Assembly (NCBI GenBank): GCA_964016885.1
Contig: OZ024741.1
Coordinates: 10,540,001-10,604,000 of the forward strand
Direction of reading: 5' to 3'
Length of the DNA stretch: 64,000 nucleotides
Source: Eledone cirrhosa
Lineage: Eukaryota
Made by a program: the position numbers and the translations under genes. Positions 62,526 through 64,000 of the stretch are shown piece after piece. The notes below the pieces were generated by a model. It did not search any database. It was not told where the DNA came from and saw only the letters and a list, made by a program, of their open reading frames with translations. Numbering within the stretch: position 1 is the first letter of the stretch; every line of letters starts with the position of its first letter.

Positions 62526-64000
62526 GTCACGACCTGGGTTAGTAGTCATTACCTCGGTTAGTAGTCCTTACCTGGCTTAGTAGTCTCGACCTGGATTAGT
62601 AGTCAATACCTGGGTCAGTAGTTACTACCTGGGTTAGTAGTCAATACCTGGGTCAGTAGTCACGACCTGGGTTAGTAGTCACGACATGGGTTAGTAGTCA
62701 CTCCCTGGATTACGTGTCATGACCTGGGTCAGTAGTCATGACTTGGGTTAGTAGTCACGACCTGGGGTAGTAGTCACGACCTGGGTTAGCAGTCACGACC
62801 TGGGTCTGTAGTCACTACCTGGGTTAGCAGTCACGACCTGGGTTAGTAGTCCTACCTGGGTTAGTAGTCAGGACCTGGGTTAGTATTCACTACCTGGGTT
62901 AGTTGTCACTACCAGGGTAAGTAGTCACGACCTAGGTTAGTAGTCCCTACCTGGGTTAGTAGTCACGACCTGGGTTACTAGACACAACCTGGGTTAGTAG
63001 TCACTAAATGGGTTAGTAGTCACGACCTGGTTTAGTATTCATGATCTGGGTTAGTAGTCACTACCTGGTTTAGTAGTCACGACTTGGATCAGTAGTCACT
63101 ACCTGGTTTAGTAGTCTTTACCTGGATCAGTAGTTACGACCTGGGTTAGTAGTCACTAGCTGGGTTAGTATACACTACCTGGGTTAGTAGTCACTACCTG
63201 GGTCAGTAGTCACTACCTGGGTTAGTAGTCACTACCTGGGTCAGTATTCACTACCTGGGTTAGTAGTCGTTAACTGGGTTAGTATTCACTACCTGGGTTA
63301 CTAGTCACGACCTGGGTTAGCAGTCACTACCTAGGTTATTAGTCATTACCTGGGTTAGTAGTTACTACCTGGGTTAGTAGTCACGAGCTGGTTTAGTAGT
63401 CACGACCTGGGTTTGTAGTCACTACCTGGCTTATTAGTCATTACCTCTGTTAGTAGTTACTATCTGGGTTAGTAGTCACGACCCCGGTTAGTAGGAACTA
63501 CCTGGATCAGTAATCATTACCTGGGTTATTAGTCATTACCTGGATTAGTATTACAACCTGGGTTAGTAGTCACTACCAGGATCAGTAGTCACTACCTGGG
63601 TTAGTAGTCACTACCTGGGTTACTAGTCACGACCTGGTTTATTAGTCACGACCTGGGTCAGTAGTCGCTACCTGGGTCAGTAGTCACTAGCTGGGTTAGT
63701 ATTTACTACCTGTGTTAGTTTTCACTACCTGGGTTAGTAGTCACTAGCTGGGTTAGTATTTACTACCTGTGTTAGTTTTCACTACCTGGGTCAGTAGTCA
63801 CTAGCTGGGTTAGTATTTACTACCTGTGCTAGTTTTCACTACCTGGGTTAGTAGTCACTAGCTGGGTTAGTATTTACTACCTGTGTTAGTTTTCACTACC
63901 TGGGTTAGTAGTCACTAGCTGGGTTAGTATTTACTACCTGTGTTAGTTTTCACTACCTGGGTTAGTAGTCACGACCTGGGTCAGTATTCACTACCTGGGT
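62526..64000. repeat. Satellite, 19-bp unit acctgggttagtagtcac(t/g), running off the right edge
   Basis: Read directly. A 57-bp (3x19) higher-order unit repeats 5 times at 63670-63954. Confidence 0.96.

Noticed and set aside
55333-64000. CRISPR-like regular repeats
   Set aside because: No unique spacers and no cas genes in a eukaryotic context; these are head-to-tail satellites.

Overview
Eukaryotic, extremely repeat-rich, essentially non-genic DNA. The SINE fragment, microsatellite style and TE families look cephalopod/Octopus-like, which is an inference. Positions 1-33,015 are one giant G/T-rich minisatellite (45-bp unit) with a near-identical 12.9-kb higher-order duplication and a nested ~5.75-kb one; the huge ORFs there are compositional artefacts. 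Positions 33-37.6 kb are strand-alternating low-complexity blocks separated by short unique islands, two of which carry minus-strand splice signals (possible host exons). Positions 37.6-55.3 kb are a transposon graveyard. It holds several R4/Dong-clade REL-endonuclease retrotransposon copies whose 3' ends all abut (CATA)n, some tail-to-tail with RTE-clade elements that carry C-terminal C2H2 fingers and (ATGT)n tails. It also holds a Buster-type hAT with TIRs and an 8-bp TSD, a Naiad-like Penelope element (RT + GIY-YIG) with an inverted pseudo-LTR containing a hammerhead ribozyme, a second isolated hammerhead, a non-autonomous Helitron and a 91-bp fold-back palindrome. The window ends with a 22-24-bp satellite (55.3-62.5 kb) and a 19-bp GGGTTAG-containing satellite. 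No intact protein-coding gene is present. All family assignments come from motif recognition by eye, not from database searches.
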